Shown here: piece after piece, positions 19,469 through 32,144 of the stretch
How positions within the stretch are numbered: the first letter of the stretch is position 1
Layout of the letters: every line of letters starts with the position of its first letter
NCBI GenBank assembly: GCA_946965045.2
Contig: OX337238.1
Coordinates: 1,674,001 to 1,738,000, forward strand
DNA length: 64,000 nt
Source of the DNA: Epithemia pelagica
Lineage: Eukaryota > Protista > Bacillariophyta
Reading direction: 5' to 3'
Notes under the pieces: generated by a model
The model's database searches: none
What the model saw: only the letters and a program-made list of their open reading frames with translations
What the model was told of the DNA's origin: nothing
Translations under genes and position numbers: made by a program

Positions 19469-20679
19469 CCTCGGCTACAATGGTTTTGTTGCGTGGGCTA
19501 TCTTAATCAGGTCGACAACAGAACCCAGCTTTTGAATCCTTCCAAAGGTCCTACTCCTACCTCGGAGTAGCATTTCTTTTCGAGCTATTTCGCAACATTA
19601 TGGACTTTGAAACACGAAACCTAGGGATCAAGTGTCACGAAAATGTACAACAAGACGAGGCAAGTGTTGTTAACGAGTTGCCTGTATTTGAATCCAAGAT
19701 CTATACCGATCTCAAGTTGTGATCCGTCTTGAAATCACACCACAGCTTTGTCTCAGGTGTGTGTTGTTTGGACAAGCCACGTGTACATGGAAAATCTAGA
19801 AAGCTTCAGCATCTTGCTGCTACTGTTGGGTGGTTGGGTGTCGTCGTGAGTTTGGCGGTATACACGCAAAGAAAGACCGACTGTTACATGTAGTCCCCAC
19901 TATGAGCTGCGCCTTTGTCGTGCGGAGAATCGCAAAAGGCGAAAGACTTGTTGTGCACGACATACATAAATCTCGTCGGTATGCAGTTTTGTATCTTGCG
20001 TTCGTCCACAACTGAATGATGGGGAATCTCGATCGTGTGAAAAGAAAAAAAGGTTTGAATCTATTCTTCCAGCTGCCGCGCTCACCCACTCTACCGCCTG
20101 GGGTTAAGTCGACCGACTGCCCTGGCTCGGAATCATGCACCGGGGGGACAGCCCGCTTGTGTGACAAGGGGCCACATAGAAGAGTGGATCGCCCGGCGTT
20201 GGTTTGGTCGCATGTAGAATATATATGACTCAAATTTTCCAGCGTTTTCGTCATTTCCGATTAATCTTTGAAATTAAATGTTCAGTCAACTTCGAATGCT
20301 TGGGATTGACCAACCTCAAGTCTTTGCACGACAATGTCTATTTGGAATGCGTTTTGAAGTGTGACAAAGCACCCGCCGACCAAAGAGCACCTTTGCCGTT
20401 TCTCGAGTTCGTAACTCTTGCTGTGGTGCATGTATGCTATCGACCAAAGCTCACATTCCCAATACCTCCTTGAACTCGGGTAGTGATCGCAGTCGTCGAA
20501 GAAGAAAAACAGCGGCAGGGCAGACAACATCTTCCACCACACTGGATCCCAATACAACGTCGTCGTCTTCCAGTACCAACAGTTTGCTGTCGTCGCTCTT
20601 GGGTTCCTTCAGTGTCACCACCACACCAACCACTATCCCTTCACCTCCTTCGCCAACATCTACGAATCCATCCGTCACC

Positions 20680-22157
20680 ATGGTACATCCGACATATACG
20701 AACCAACCCACGTTGGATTTGGAATTGGCCAACTCCACCGAAAAAAAGCTGGAACTCTTGCCGGCTCAGGACGAACCTTCCTCCCGATCTTCCTCTCCTC
20801 CTCCCATGATGGGAACACCCAGCAAGCAAGATCCGGAAACGGGTGGAGGGGAAGCCACTGATTTGCTGCTTCAATCCCGGCGATCGTTGGCGGCACAATA
20901 TGTCAGTGGCTTGAAGGAAGTTTCGGCCGTCTTGATTTACAGTTTTTGTTCCATTAGCATGATTTTGGTCAACAAGAGTTTGGCCAGCAGGTGCGTTTCA
21001 TAGACGAAACGAGAAGGAAAGAAGAATGAGTGTCATTCCCTTGGATGCTTGTCGCTTCCTTTGGTCGCTGAGTCATTTTATATATATGTCAAGTGTCTCA
21101 CACATTGTCGAACTTGATTGTCTGTTCTTCCTTCTGCATTTGATGTTTGTATTGTCTTCCATTCCCTGGCTGTAACTACAGCTACAACGACTTGATTTAC
21201 TCTGGTGACGATGAGGAGGAATCAAAGGGCAAACGCAACTTGAACATTTTATTGGTTGTCTTCCAAGCGGTTGCCGCCGTTGTGTTTTTGTGGTTTTGCA
21301 AGATTTTCAAATTGCTGGATTACCCCGACTTGAACTGGTCCATTGCTAAATCCTGGGCTCCTGTCAATGTCTTTTTCTGCCTCATGCTCTTTACGAGCAT
21401 GGCCGCCTTGCAAACCAATTCCGTCCCCATGGTGACGGTCTTTAAAAATGTGGCCAACATTACCACGGCCACGGCCGATTACTTTTTCTTTGGTAATCAG
21501 CTGGAAACACTCAGTATAGCGGCCTTTGGTGTCATGTTGTTTGGGGCGATCGCCGCTGCGGGAAATGGAATGGAAACCTCCATGACGGGCCTGTTTTGGA
21601 TGCTTTTCAACTGCTTCGCCACGACCGGTTATGTGTGCTATATGCGATATGCCACACAATCCATTAAAATGACCAAGTTTGGTATGGTCTATGTCAACAA
21701 TGTTCTATGTGTCGTACTTCTGACTCCTGTGGCCTACATGAATGGCGAAGTGGCCACCTTTCTCAAGTCCACCGCTCTTCATACATGGGATTATGGTTTC
21801 AAAAACTTTTTTGCCGGCTTTGTGGGCTTCTTCTTGAATGCAGCTTCCCTGCATTGCGTCAGTGTCACGGGGCCGACGACGTATGCGATCGTGGGATCCT
21901 TGAATAAGGTGCCGGTGACATTTTTGGGATACTTGATTTTTCACGAGAAATTGAGTCGTCAAACCTGGTTGTTTGTCTGTGTCAGTTTGGTCGGTGGCTT
22001 TTTGTATACCTATTCCAAAATTCGAGCCAAGGCGCAGGAAAAGAAACAATTGCAAGAGGACGATGGAGGCAAACCCGATCCAAAGAACAATGTCAATTCC
22101 GAGACGTTGGCGAGCACGAAAAAGCCTGAATCCTGCAACATTACGGCACGCAAATAA
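20680..22157 (+). CDS. GDP-mannose/nucleotide-sugar transporter (GONST/VRG4-like); intron 20991-21181
   Basis: YSFCSISMILVNK in exon 1 spliced in frame (GT...AG) to a multi-TM exon with the GSLNK motif. The start codon is uncertain (alternative ATG near 20806). Confidence 0.88.
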
Positions 22158-22932
22158 GATGAGCAGCGGAGGTGTTGCCAGACCCGAACGCACCATGAGA
22201 GGAGCTTCACACCCAAATACATTCATTCATTCAGCTTGTACCACTATTCTTACAACTCATACACACCATGCTCTTTTCCGGACGACGCTTCGTCCATTTG
22301 CCACTCACTATACTATGATTCTTGGGAACCTCATGTGACTATTGCTCTGTCGGGAAAGAAAGAACATGGGCCTGCTCTCTAGAGTAGTTCCGTGGTTGTC
22401 TTTGCTGCCACCATCGGACTAATATAACACATTCTTTTGTTTCTTTAGATCCGTATAAGCCGGTCTTTTGAGTATGGTCTGGATGAATACAAGATCCTCT
22501 AGGAGTACTCCGATTCACTTCTCTAGAGGCGGTGAAATCATCCATACCAAATACATAGTGCAGTCCCCAAAAGGAAACACAGCAAACCGACATACAGACG
22601 GACGACCCCAAGGCGTGCTTTTGTCCGCACATTTTGGACAGAAAATCGCAAAAACTCGCTTGCTTCCACATCACATACATCGAAAACCCTAACCCTAAAA
22701 TTGAAATCTATTCGTTTGTTTCATCTTGAGACATGAAGACGAACATCGCTCTCAACTAGGTCGACTGATTGAAAGTCTGGTACGGACTCTCCGAATCAGC
22801 TTAACAAACCACGCAGAGAAGCAGCCACTGCACGTTCGACGAACATAGTGGAACAAAGTTTGAACTCCGTCGTTTGTCGAAAGACATCAACAAGGCTTTC
22901 CCCCAAAAGAACCCAGCAACAATAGCAAGAAG

Positions 22933-23910
22933 ATGCAGCCTCCAGAAGAAGAATTGAGAAGCAAAATTTTGGACTTGTCCAATCAAGTGAATTTGGAAAC
23001 GACTGGACTGAAAGAATTCATGGCCTTGTTGTCTCAATCCATGGGTGGAACCAATTTGAAACCACACAAGAAATTTATCAAGGAATGTGTTGTAAAAGCC
23101 ATTCAAGACAAGCAACAACAACAAGAGGAGGAGGAAGAAGAAGAAGACGACGACGATGATGATGAGGATGTTCGTACCCCTCCTTCTAGCAAGGGGCCGA
23201 AAAAGAAGGGATCGGGTGGTGGCTTGTCCGCTCCCAAGGCGTTGAGTGCAGCCTTGGCAGCATTTTTGGGCTTGCCACATCCAGCCGAATTGGCTCGAAC
23301 CGAAGTGGTGAAACGATTATGGGATTATATTCGCAAACATGAGTTACAAAATCCAAACAACAAGCGTGAAATCAACCTCGATGCGGACATGCAAGCTGTC
23401 TTTGACTGTTCAACTTTTACCATGTTTACCATGAACAAATACGTATCGGCTCACATGGCACCCTTTACCCCCGTCAACCTCGATACACCGAGTACCAATA
23501 GTAGTCGCAAACGCAAACGAACGGCAGCCTCGTCAAATACACCCAAGGGCAAACGATCCAAAGGATCGGCTACGAAAAAAACACCCCGCAATGCACCCCA
23601 ATATCGCTTGTCAGAAGCTTTGCAAGCTGTCGTAGGTGGTGCGACGGTCTTGTCACGTCCGCAAGTCGTGTCCAAATTGTGGGAATATATCAAAGCGGAG
23701 GAACTGCAAAATCCAAGCGACAAGCGACAAATTTTGTGCAATGCACCATTGCAAAAGGTCATGGATGGAAAAAGCAAGGTGACCATGTTTTCCATGAATC
23801 AATACCTGTCACCGCACTTGTTGGAACGTGTCCAAGGGACAGCCAGTCGAGAGGGAGAAGAAGAACCCGTTCCAGAGGATGGTGATGAGGACGATGACAG
23901 TGATGAATAA
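22933..23910 (+). CDS. DEK-C plus two SWIB/MDM2 domains protein (UAF30/Tri1-like)
   Basis: N-terminal DEK-C-like helix; two LSxAL...RxxVVxxLWxYIxxxxLQNPxxKRxIxxD/N SWIB repeats; acidic tracts. Confidence 0.9.
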   Translation: MQPPEEELRSKILDLSNQVNLETTGLKEFMALLSQSMGGTNLKPHKKFIKECVVKAIQDKQQQQEEEEEEEDDDDDDEDVRTPPSSKGPKKKGSGGGLSAPKALSAALAAFLGLPHPAELARTEVVKRLWDYIRKHELQNPNNKREINLDADMQAVFDCSTFTMFTMNKYVSAHMAPFTPVNLDTPSTNSSRKRKRTAASSNTPKGKRSKGSATKKTPRNAPQYRLSEALQAVVGGATVLSRPQVVSKLWEYIKAEELQNPSDKRQILCNAPLQKVMDGKSKVTMFSMNQYLSPHLLERVQGTASREGEEEPVPEDGDEDDDSDE

Positions 23911-24225
23911 AAGGGAGAGAGAATCCCACACTTTCCATACAACCCCCCTTACTGGAAATTCTTGAACGTTAAAATCCACCATACAAGAAAAGGGAAGTTG
24001 AAAATGCAAAACGGGAAACACAGTGTATTATACCTGTGTGTACACCAGTAGACAACAACGAAATAAGCCACCCCCCAAAGCTATCATAACTATAGTCCGG
24101 TTACCAAACTGGTCAACTGAATTTGGCTTTAGATGCTTGTCCAACAGACTCCACGACAAAATCTCTTTGGGAGTAATACGAAATGCCCTTGTCTTTATCC
24201 TCGAGAAGTGTGTAGCTGGCTTTTA

Positions 24226-25521
24226 CTAGGTGTTGGTGGAAGCGGACAAACTGGGCCATTTCCATGGTACGCTACTTGACGGTGCTTGTCGTTGTTGTTG
24301 CTTTTGCAAATAGTCTTGACAAGAGTCTTCGACCCATTGGTGCAGCGTTCGAGAGGGTTTGGTGGCTTGTTGCTGCAAGGATTCTTGTGATAGTTGTTGT
24401 TTGCGACGTTGGGATTTCCGAATGGCATCGTCACGCCATTTGGGAGTGGCATGATATTCGTACAAATTCCAAATCACGACTGTATCACCGGTATAGACAA
24501 AGCCCGGTTCATGAAACGACAAGGTACCGATTCGAGGAATGGCATTTGTGGAGCTGGCAGAGTTTGTGGCTCGCTGCGAGGTGGCTCGTCGAAGAATGCG
24601 TGACGCTCGTAACTGTTTGGCATGCAGTTGAATGGGTGTCGTTCCGGTCAAGACTTTTTGTTTCCATTCTTGTTTGGCTCGTTGGGCCACATGCCAGCTA
24701 CAGGAAGCATCCTTGCAACATTCGACACATTGTCGACAGGTTTCGTGACACGTCTTGGGAACACGACGTGTTTGACAGGTTCGACACCAAACAACGACAG
24801 CGGATCGTGACTTGGCGTTCTTATTGTTCTCCTGGTTTTCAACCTCGACCTCCTTTTCGTTTTCTTTGTCGTCTTGTTGGTTTCTTTTCACGACCCGTTG
24901 ACCGGACGAACTTGTGTCAGAAGGTACCACTGTACAGGTTGCTGTGGATGAAACCATATCATTGGCGGCGACATGGTCCTTGTCCTCGTCGTTGGTAGTT
25001 GTCATAGTAGAATCGCCCTTCTTGGTGGTGGATGATTTGCGACGGCCACGGCTGTTTCGAACCACCATACGATGATCGTTGGTGTCACCGTCATGTTCAT
25101 GACCCTTTTTCTCACCACTTGTATCATTGTCCTTTGTGTTTTTGGATGTTTTGTTTTCCTCCGTGTCATTGGAGGCCTCCTCCAGAGCCTCTGTAGGCGT
25201 TGTGGTTGTCTTTGGCGGCGGTGGTTGTTGGCGTTGACGTACCAATTTTCGTTTCAAACGACTTGTTCTCGATGTTGTTGTGGATCGTTGTTGAGAGGGG
25301 TCACGTTTCAGTGATTTGTTAGAGGGTACATGATCATTTGTGGAGGATGCTTCCGGAGCGGACCGTTTTCGTTGTCCAATTCGAGTACTCGTCCTTGCAC
25401 TGCTGGTGGATGCTTGGTCACTTGTCTTCCTGCTTGAAGTATTTGTCATGATGATCCAGTGGGGAAGTTTGCCTCGTTTCTTGACCAGTGCATCCAAATC
25501 TAAAATGTAACTTTCACACAA
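24226..25521 (-). CDS. Hypothetical protein with low-complexity N-terminus and Cys/His cluster
   Basis: 431-aa ORF; CRTC...CHETCRQCVECCKDASCSWH; likely ATG at 25449. Confidence 0.65.
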   Translation of the reverse strand: MCESYILDLDALVKKRGKLPHWIIMTNTSSRKTSDQASTSSARTSTRIGQRKRSAPEASSTNDHVPSNKSLKRDPSQQRSTTTSRTSRLKRKLVRQRQQPPPPKTTTTPTEALEEASNDTEENKTSKNTKDNDTSGEKKGHEHDGDTNDHRMVVRNSRGRRKSSTTKKGDSTMTTTNDEDKDHVAANDMVSSTATCTVVPSDTSSSGQRVVKRNQQDDKENEKEVEVENQENNKNAKSRSAVVVWCRTCQTRRVPKTCHETCRQCVECCKDASCSWHVAQRAKQEWKQKVLTGTTPIQLHAKQLRASRILRRATSQRATNSASSTNAIPRIGTLSFHEPGFVYTGDTVVIWNLYEYHATPKWRDDAIRKSQRRKQQLSQESLQQQATKPSRTLHQWVEDSCQDYLQKQQQRQAPSSSVPWKWPSLSASTNT

Positions 25522-25821
25522 TCCTTTCTACTGGATACAGACACCGACAGTAAACGTCTAGGTAGGTAGTGTCGCTACCGCTTTGATGGTTCTCAGACTT
25601 GTGCTGTGATCTCAATCGAGTCTGATTCTCGCTTGTTTATTTTGGAGGTGATCCATGCTCGTTCAAGATGTGATTTGTTTTCAAGTTGACTCTTGTCGTC
25701 CTTACGATCTATGAACTTTTATTCTGGAACACTTGGTTGTTGTGGTAATGGCATTGGTTTGGGGGGCGTGTTGATGTTGGCATTGCGGACGGATGCTTGG
25801 TAGGTACGGGAGCGACTTGAG

Positions 25822-26564
25822 TACCCCCCAGCGGGGGTGTTTTTGAGGGAGTAATTTCGTTGAAACACCCCCTTCTCTGTTCGCTGGATCTTGACGGTAG
25901 GCATATCTCATTTCCTCCACCACGATAACAACACGACAATCAAACTTTGTTGTTGCTGGTGACCTCCAATGGCCACCCCATCATGATCTGACCATCATAT
26001 GCTTCATCTGGGTACCATGGCAGTGCATTGTGAGGGACACAGTGGATTCGGGCCACTCTAGGAAATGACCAATACAGTGACGCATAATACTGGAACAATA
26101 GGAGACCATGATGGAATGAAAATACATGAGAGTTGATGTTTTGCTATCAATGCAGCGCGTAACTACTACTGTTATGTGTATTGTAGATCAATAGGTGTTC
26201 AAACAATGCAAGATAAGAGCCATATTGTCCCTTTGAGTTGCTTCGTTTGAAATTGTGAGACGTCGCGTCCGTGCCTGTGCCACAAGGCATGGCGCCTATG
26301 AGTCTGATGCATAACAGCCTTAACCTTTAAACTTTGGTGATGCAGATGCATTCTACACTATTGGTTTGAGGTCTATGACTGGGAAGACAGGTTTCAAGAG
26401 TCCAAATAGGTGCACAACAACCTGTGCAACACCATGGCCCGTGTTGTTATTGTGGTGGAGGAAATGAGATATGCCTACCGTCAAGAAATAGGTTATTATT
26501 TGCTCTTAGGGAAGGGGGTGGCTACACGAAATTACACCCTCAAAGCCACCCTCGCTGGGGGGTA
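25822..26564. mobile_element. Non-autonomous TIR element (743 bp) with long imperfect TIRs and 10-bp TSD (Mutator-like)
   Basis: Exact TSD GCGACTTGAG at 25812-25821 and 26565-26574; ends TACCCC.../...GGGGTA; ~115-bp homologous inverted arms. Confidence 0.88.
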
Positions 26565-26827
26565 GCGACTTGAGGTGTTCGGCAACCATACTCCCTGGCG
26601 TCATAATTTGAAAACGATTTGATAATAGTTTATAATGAAAACACGTTTGGAAGCGCTCGGTAGTTTGGGTACGTTCGTCCTTTGATGGGTGGTCGCTCAA
26701 GCCCACGCTGCTGCTGCGACACTCTGGCTGCGGTGATTGTTGCCTCTCTTATTGCCATCCGGGGATACTTGTAGAAATACGACTGTCGTCTCGGATTGTC
26801 ACCTCCACAAGCAGCAAATCTCTCAGA

Positions 26828-27559
26828 ATGGGTGTCTTTTCCACAGTAGTTGGTGGTGTGTCCGGATTCTGCATTACCCTCATGGGTAACGCTGGACGAA
26901 AAATTCCCTTGGCACGAGGTAGGTGAATATGGCCAGAGAATAAGTGTGTGGCCTTTTTGTGGGTGGAATAGCCTTAGAGAGCGAAGCTGTATGGCACAGA
27001 AAATGATGCATCTGTCAGAAGAACGGTACTCTGAGAGAAACTAAAAACAGAAAAGAGTGACGAGTACATGACAGAAAACAGAAAGGATAATTTTCCTGTG
27101 GCCTACCTTTGTATTACGTGAAGTAAATTGCACCGTTGCCTTTTTCTAACTTTCCCATGCTTATCTGTATCTTTACCTCTTGTTCGTTGGGCTGGATTGG
27201 ATTTCCATCCTGTATTTCTACTTTGCCTTTTCGTTGCCGGTTACTTGGAATTCTACATGAACTTTCCTGTATCTACCACGACTATGATCCACCAATATTA
27301 TGTGTAATTATACTGGCATCATTCTTCTTGTTGGTGTCGGAACGTAGAACCTTGGTGGCATGTGACATTTACTATGATCGGTTTGTACATGGGCAATCAA
27401 TGGCCCAAATGGGAACGTCAATTGATGGAAGATATTAATGAAATCCGACGAGTCAAAGGATTGCCCCCCTTGGTACCCTCGGACAAGTGGTTGGGATTGG
27501 AAATTGATCACAATCACGATGGCAATACCACCGGAAGCCATCGCTTCAAAAACATGTAG
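26828..27559 (+). CDS. NDUFC2: Mitochondrial complex I subunit B14.5b-like (100 aa); exons 26828-26918 and 27348-27559
   Basis: Spliced product MGVFSTVVGGVSGFCITLMGNAGRKIPLAR-EPWWHVTFTMIG...WERQLMEDINEIR resembles plant B14.5b (SNALRKLPYMRHPWEHV); canonical GT-AG with matching phase. Confidence 0.7.
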
Positions 27560-28075
27560 CCCTAACACAAGTGCAAGAGTTTTTTGGAACGAGAAATCCA
27601 ACCACATACATCCACACTTGCGTTTTGGACCGAGCCGTCCACCAACGCAACAAGCAAATCGAAAACCAAAGCCAGCTCAACCACCACTCTTGGTTGTGTG
27701 TGTGAAACAAAAACTAAAATAACAAACCGATTCTTTTTTTTTCGTTTGCTTCAGTTATAATAGAGGAAACTGTTTGAGAGAGTGAGAGTTGTGATCCCTT
27801 AGATTTTGTACTATTACTGAAAGACGACGAATGTCGCTTGTTCCTTGTGGAACGAAAACACGCAACTGTGAGAACATTCCGACATGACTTGCCAATAAAC
27901 CATGGACCAATACAAACCATTCCTGGATGGTAGGCAGTCATGCCTCGCTATAATGTCTCATACAAGTCACGGAATGAAAATGTTTTGTTTAATAGTAGGA
28001 TTGTGCACTATCGATCCACAGAACGAGATATAGAATATAGAGTCACCCTTGCGAGGGACGCGGCTGGTCTTGATT

Positions 28076-29591
28076 CTAGGCAACCACTTTGGAACTGGTA
28101 ATTTCGACAATGCAATTGTCCGATTCGGGCAATTCGTACTGAACCAGCAAGTTCCGCATGGTTTGAATTTGAAAGTTTTGCGAATTAATGATACTGCGCA
28201 AAATCTTTTCCATTTCACAGTCGACAAAGTTGGGATCATCTTCGTTGGTCAAATCGGGACAATTGAGGGAATTGGTCTTGAGGAGGGCCTTGGCCATGTT
28301 GACAGCATTTTCATGATGGGGGATCATTTGATGAATAAAAAGGGCAATTTCGTCATTGGAGGTAATACTGGTCGTCATACCATGCATCATGTGACAGTTC
28401 ATGGCATCAATGCATTGCGCGAACTTGCCAATGTCCGAGGCATCGCCATCGTGGCCGCACACAAAGGCGGTGGGACATTGAGAGTTGGGCAAGGTAAAGT
28501 CATTGAGTCCAAAGGTTCCACAATCCTCGTCAAAGCCCGTCACTTCATCGTAAGAATAACCCAGTTCGGGTGTATCCTCTTCATTGATGGGTTCCTTGTT
28601 AGTGTTTAGCAACTTGATGCGGCCACTCATGAATTGATGGATCTGCAAAGACAAGAGCAGTAAAAACGGGAAAATGAGAGAGAAGTCCCTGACTCCACAA
28701 ATTCACTCTCATCATGAAACAAACCAGTGCACAGAAGACTTGTATACGTACATGGCAAAAGTAAAAGATATCTTGTGTGACTGATTCATCGTCAAAACGG
28801 AGTTTGATGCTGTATGTACCAGCTCCAGCCCAATCGCCGAGAGGATAAAAGAATTCGGGTTCGTAGACATCCAGACCAAAATCTTCTTCGCCCGTGGTTA
28901 CGGGAGCAATATCGGCAATGTTGCTATAGACACCCAAATACTCATCATCCTTCATGTACATGGGAGCCGGACAAGTAGCATCGGCAATGCAGGCTGCATT
29001 GTCACTGGCCGATACGGCTGGTTCCAGTTCGGGTGCATCGGCATGAGCGCCATCGGGGACATAGGCAAAACCCAAGGCGTGCTAGTAGTAGAGTCAAAAA
29101 GGAAGAAACCGTCCAGAAAGTGTGAGAGACCACAGGCTAGGAGGGTGACTGAGCTACCATTTGGTGCAAAAGTGAAGAGCTTACATAATAGTTGCTTCGA
29201 TCGGCTTGGACAAAGGTGTAGGTTTCACCGACAACCATTCCAATGGTCGGGTTGGTCTTGTCACCACATTCGTCAAAGGTATAATAACCTATAAACATAA
29301 AGAGCAGAGGATTGCAGAAGAACGGTTTGATGAGTGACAACGACGCATATCCACAATGTCAGATGTAAGCCAAGCATCAAATCGCAAGGATGACGCAACA
29401 AGTCTTTGAATCCATCCCTCTCAATCCTTTTCTCTTGTTCCATGCTACGTACCCAGTTCACCAGCCAAGAGGTTTACCTTGACGGTGTAAGTGTTGGTAT
29501 CACTGATACAAATATCGTCATGGTCCTCTCCGTCGCCATGGGCCACGGATGACCACAACAACCAAAGGAGGAGAAGGGTGACTTTTCGCAT
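28076..29591 (-). CDS. Secreted cupredoxin-like plus DUF305 (ferritin-like) protein, copy 1; exons 29591-29453, 29288-29185, 29081-28752, 28642-28076
   Basis: Signal peptide; YYHALGF; FYFCH|IHQFMSG across the splice (CxxHxxM); FIHQMIPHHENAVNMAK (DUF305 motif); introns in the same positions as in the paralog. Confidence 0.8.
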
Positions 29592-30468
29592 CGAAAGGAT
29601 CATTGTTGTTGTTAATGTATGCGTGAGTCTCTCGGGTTGCAATCCAAAATCCAAGGCGTCCCTTCAAGTAAGTGAGCGTTTGCGGAGGCAAAGTCAGAAT
29701 ACAGATGATGTCGAATCGGTCGTTGGTTCTGAGTATCTCTGGGACGATCAGATGCACAGCACGCCACAGCGTCAGCCACACAGAACCTCCTATCTTGTGT
29801 GTTTTTTCTCGAAAAGGTTTCACTTATTGTCCCGATGGGGTGTGCACACTCTCGAAACCACTTCTTTGGTATTGAGCACGTGCCCGGAACTGTAGCTTCC
29901 ATACATGATTATAAGCACACAATGTATGTGGTCACGAATCCAGTCGCTGGTTGGGTACACCTATTAAATATTATTATTTATTGTATGTTCATACTTCTGA
30001 CAGGCTTCTTGGAACAGAGCGGACGCGTGCAGCGTGCAAGGTGCATGCAGATGCTACAGCTTACAACTCGTACCCATACGAGTACGTGCATTCCGAGTTC
30101 CGAGACAGACAGATGCCACCTGTCTCTGCTACCGTTCAATCGTCCATGCATAATGCATCGCATGCTCGCGCGTGCTTGCACACGCCTTGGCACGGGAAAT
30201 CTCCCGCGCTCGGGAATATACAGTCTTTTAAATGATCTTTAAACAAGATTGTTCGGTGGACGATGGGGTGTCATTGTTTCCTTCCCAGCGTTCCGAAATG
30301 GGAACCGAACAGGCGGAAGATCCATATTCCATTCTGTCCCTTCGTTTTTTGGACCAAACGTCAGTAAAGAATCGATCATCTGGGCAATAACGAGGAGCGA
30401 GAGACCGTCCATCCTCATTTATTTCTCCAGTGTTGAATAAGAGACTAAGCAGACAGCTGCAGTAGACC

Positions 30469-32144
30469 ATGATGAAAGGGTTTGGTTTGAAATCGTGTGG
30501 AACGGTTGCCGTGACAGGAACTCTTCTCCTGAGTGCTGGCTTCCTACCCCAGACGGTCCATGGGCTCTGTATTACCACTAATGACAATACCTTTACGGTC
30601 AAGGTCAACATGTTTGCAGGAGAACTCGGTACGTGTCACCCCATTCAAGAAGAACAAAGTGGATCGTTCCAGGAGAGGCAAGAACACGTTGTTATACTGC
30701 CGCCTAGATGGATGTGCTACTCGTGATGTACACTTTCTGGCAGGTCGTCTTCTTTTGCTCCATTTTCTTATGAATGTGTTGTTCTTACCCATGTTGCTTG
30801 CTTCTATGTTTACCAACCCACAGGCTACTACATGTTTGAAGAATGTGGTGACATTGTGAATCCTACCATTGGAATGAAAGTGGGAGAAACCTATACCTTT
30901 GTGCAAGCCGATCGAAGCAATTACTTTGTAAGTCAAGATGTAGAATGCATTCTACTGATTTGAGAACTGTACCAAAATGCTCATCAAAGTCTCTTGCTGT
31001 GATTCGATATTATTTATGGTTGCGCTTTGATGCCTTGTACACAGCATGCATTGGGATTTTCCTATGTTCCGGATGGTGCTCATGCCGATGCACCGGAGCT
31101 GGAACCGGCCGTGTCGGCAAGTGACACTGCAGCCTGCATTGCCGATGCCACTTGTCCAGCTCCCATGTACATGAAGGATGATGAGTATTTGGGTGTCTAT
31201 AGCAACATTCCCGAAATTGCGCCCGTAACCACGGGCGAAGAAGATTTTGGTCTGGATGTCTATGAACCCGAATTCTTTTATCCTCTCGGCGATTGGGCTG
31301 GAGCTGGTACATATAGCATCAAACTTCGCTTTGATGATACAACCGTCACACAAGATATCTTTTACTTTTGTCATGTACGTGTGTCACTGCCAAAACGGTC
31401 CGATACATCTCTTGGTGTAGTATGAGTGTTATATTGGTCCGTGATTCCTGTATGTTCTCTCACATCGATGCTCTCTCATCATTTGGTTTTTAGATTCATC
31501 AATTCATGAGTGGTCGCATCAAGTTATTGGATGATACCAATACACCCATCAACCCAACTGACACCCCCGAGCTCGGCTACGAATACGATACGGTCAATGG
31601 TTTGGATGCTGGATGTGGCACGTTTGGTCTCAACGACTTTATGCTCCCCAACGATCAGTGCCCAGCCGCCTTTGTGTGCGATCACGAGTCATCCAGTATC
31701 AGTTTGTTTGCCCAATGCATTGAAGCCATGAACTGTAACATGCTGCATGGTATGACCACCGGTGTTTCTTCGGGTGACCCTGTCGCACTTTTTATCCATC
31801 AAATGATTCCCCATCATCAAAACGCAGTCAACATGGCCAAGGCTTTGCTCAACACCAACAAGCTCAAGTGCGAGAACTTGACCAATGAAGACGATCCCAA
31901 CTTTCGCGATTGTGAACTGGAGATTATTGTTCGCAGTATCATTACCGGTCAAAACTTTGAAATTCAAACCATGCGGAATGCCCTGACGACCTACGAATTG
32001 CCCGCATCGGACAATTGTCAAGTCGAGATTACCGAATCCAGTATCAAACAGTCGTCCGCTGTCAGTCATTCCATGCTGCCGATTGGAAAAGGCTTGGTGG
32101 TGATCGCGGCAATCTCGTCATGGATGGCTAGTACCTTCTTGTAA
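30469..32144 (+). CDS. Secreted cupredoxin-like plus DUF305 protein, copy 2 with hydrophobic (GPI-like) tail; exons 30469-30628, 30824-30927, 31045-31374, 31494-32144
   Basis: Same motifs (HALGF, YFCHIHQFMSG, MIPHHQNAVNMAK), high identity to copy 1, canonical GT-AG introns. Confidence 0.85.
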
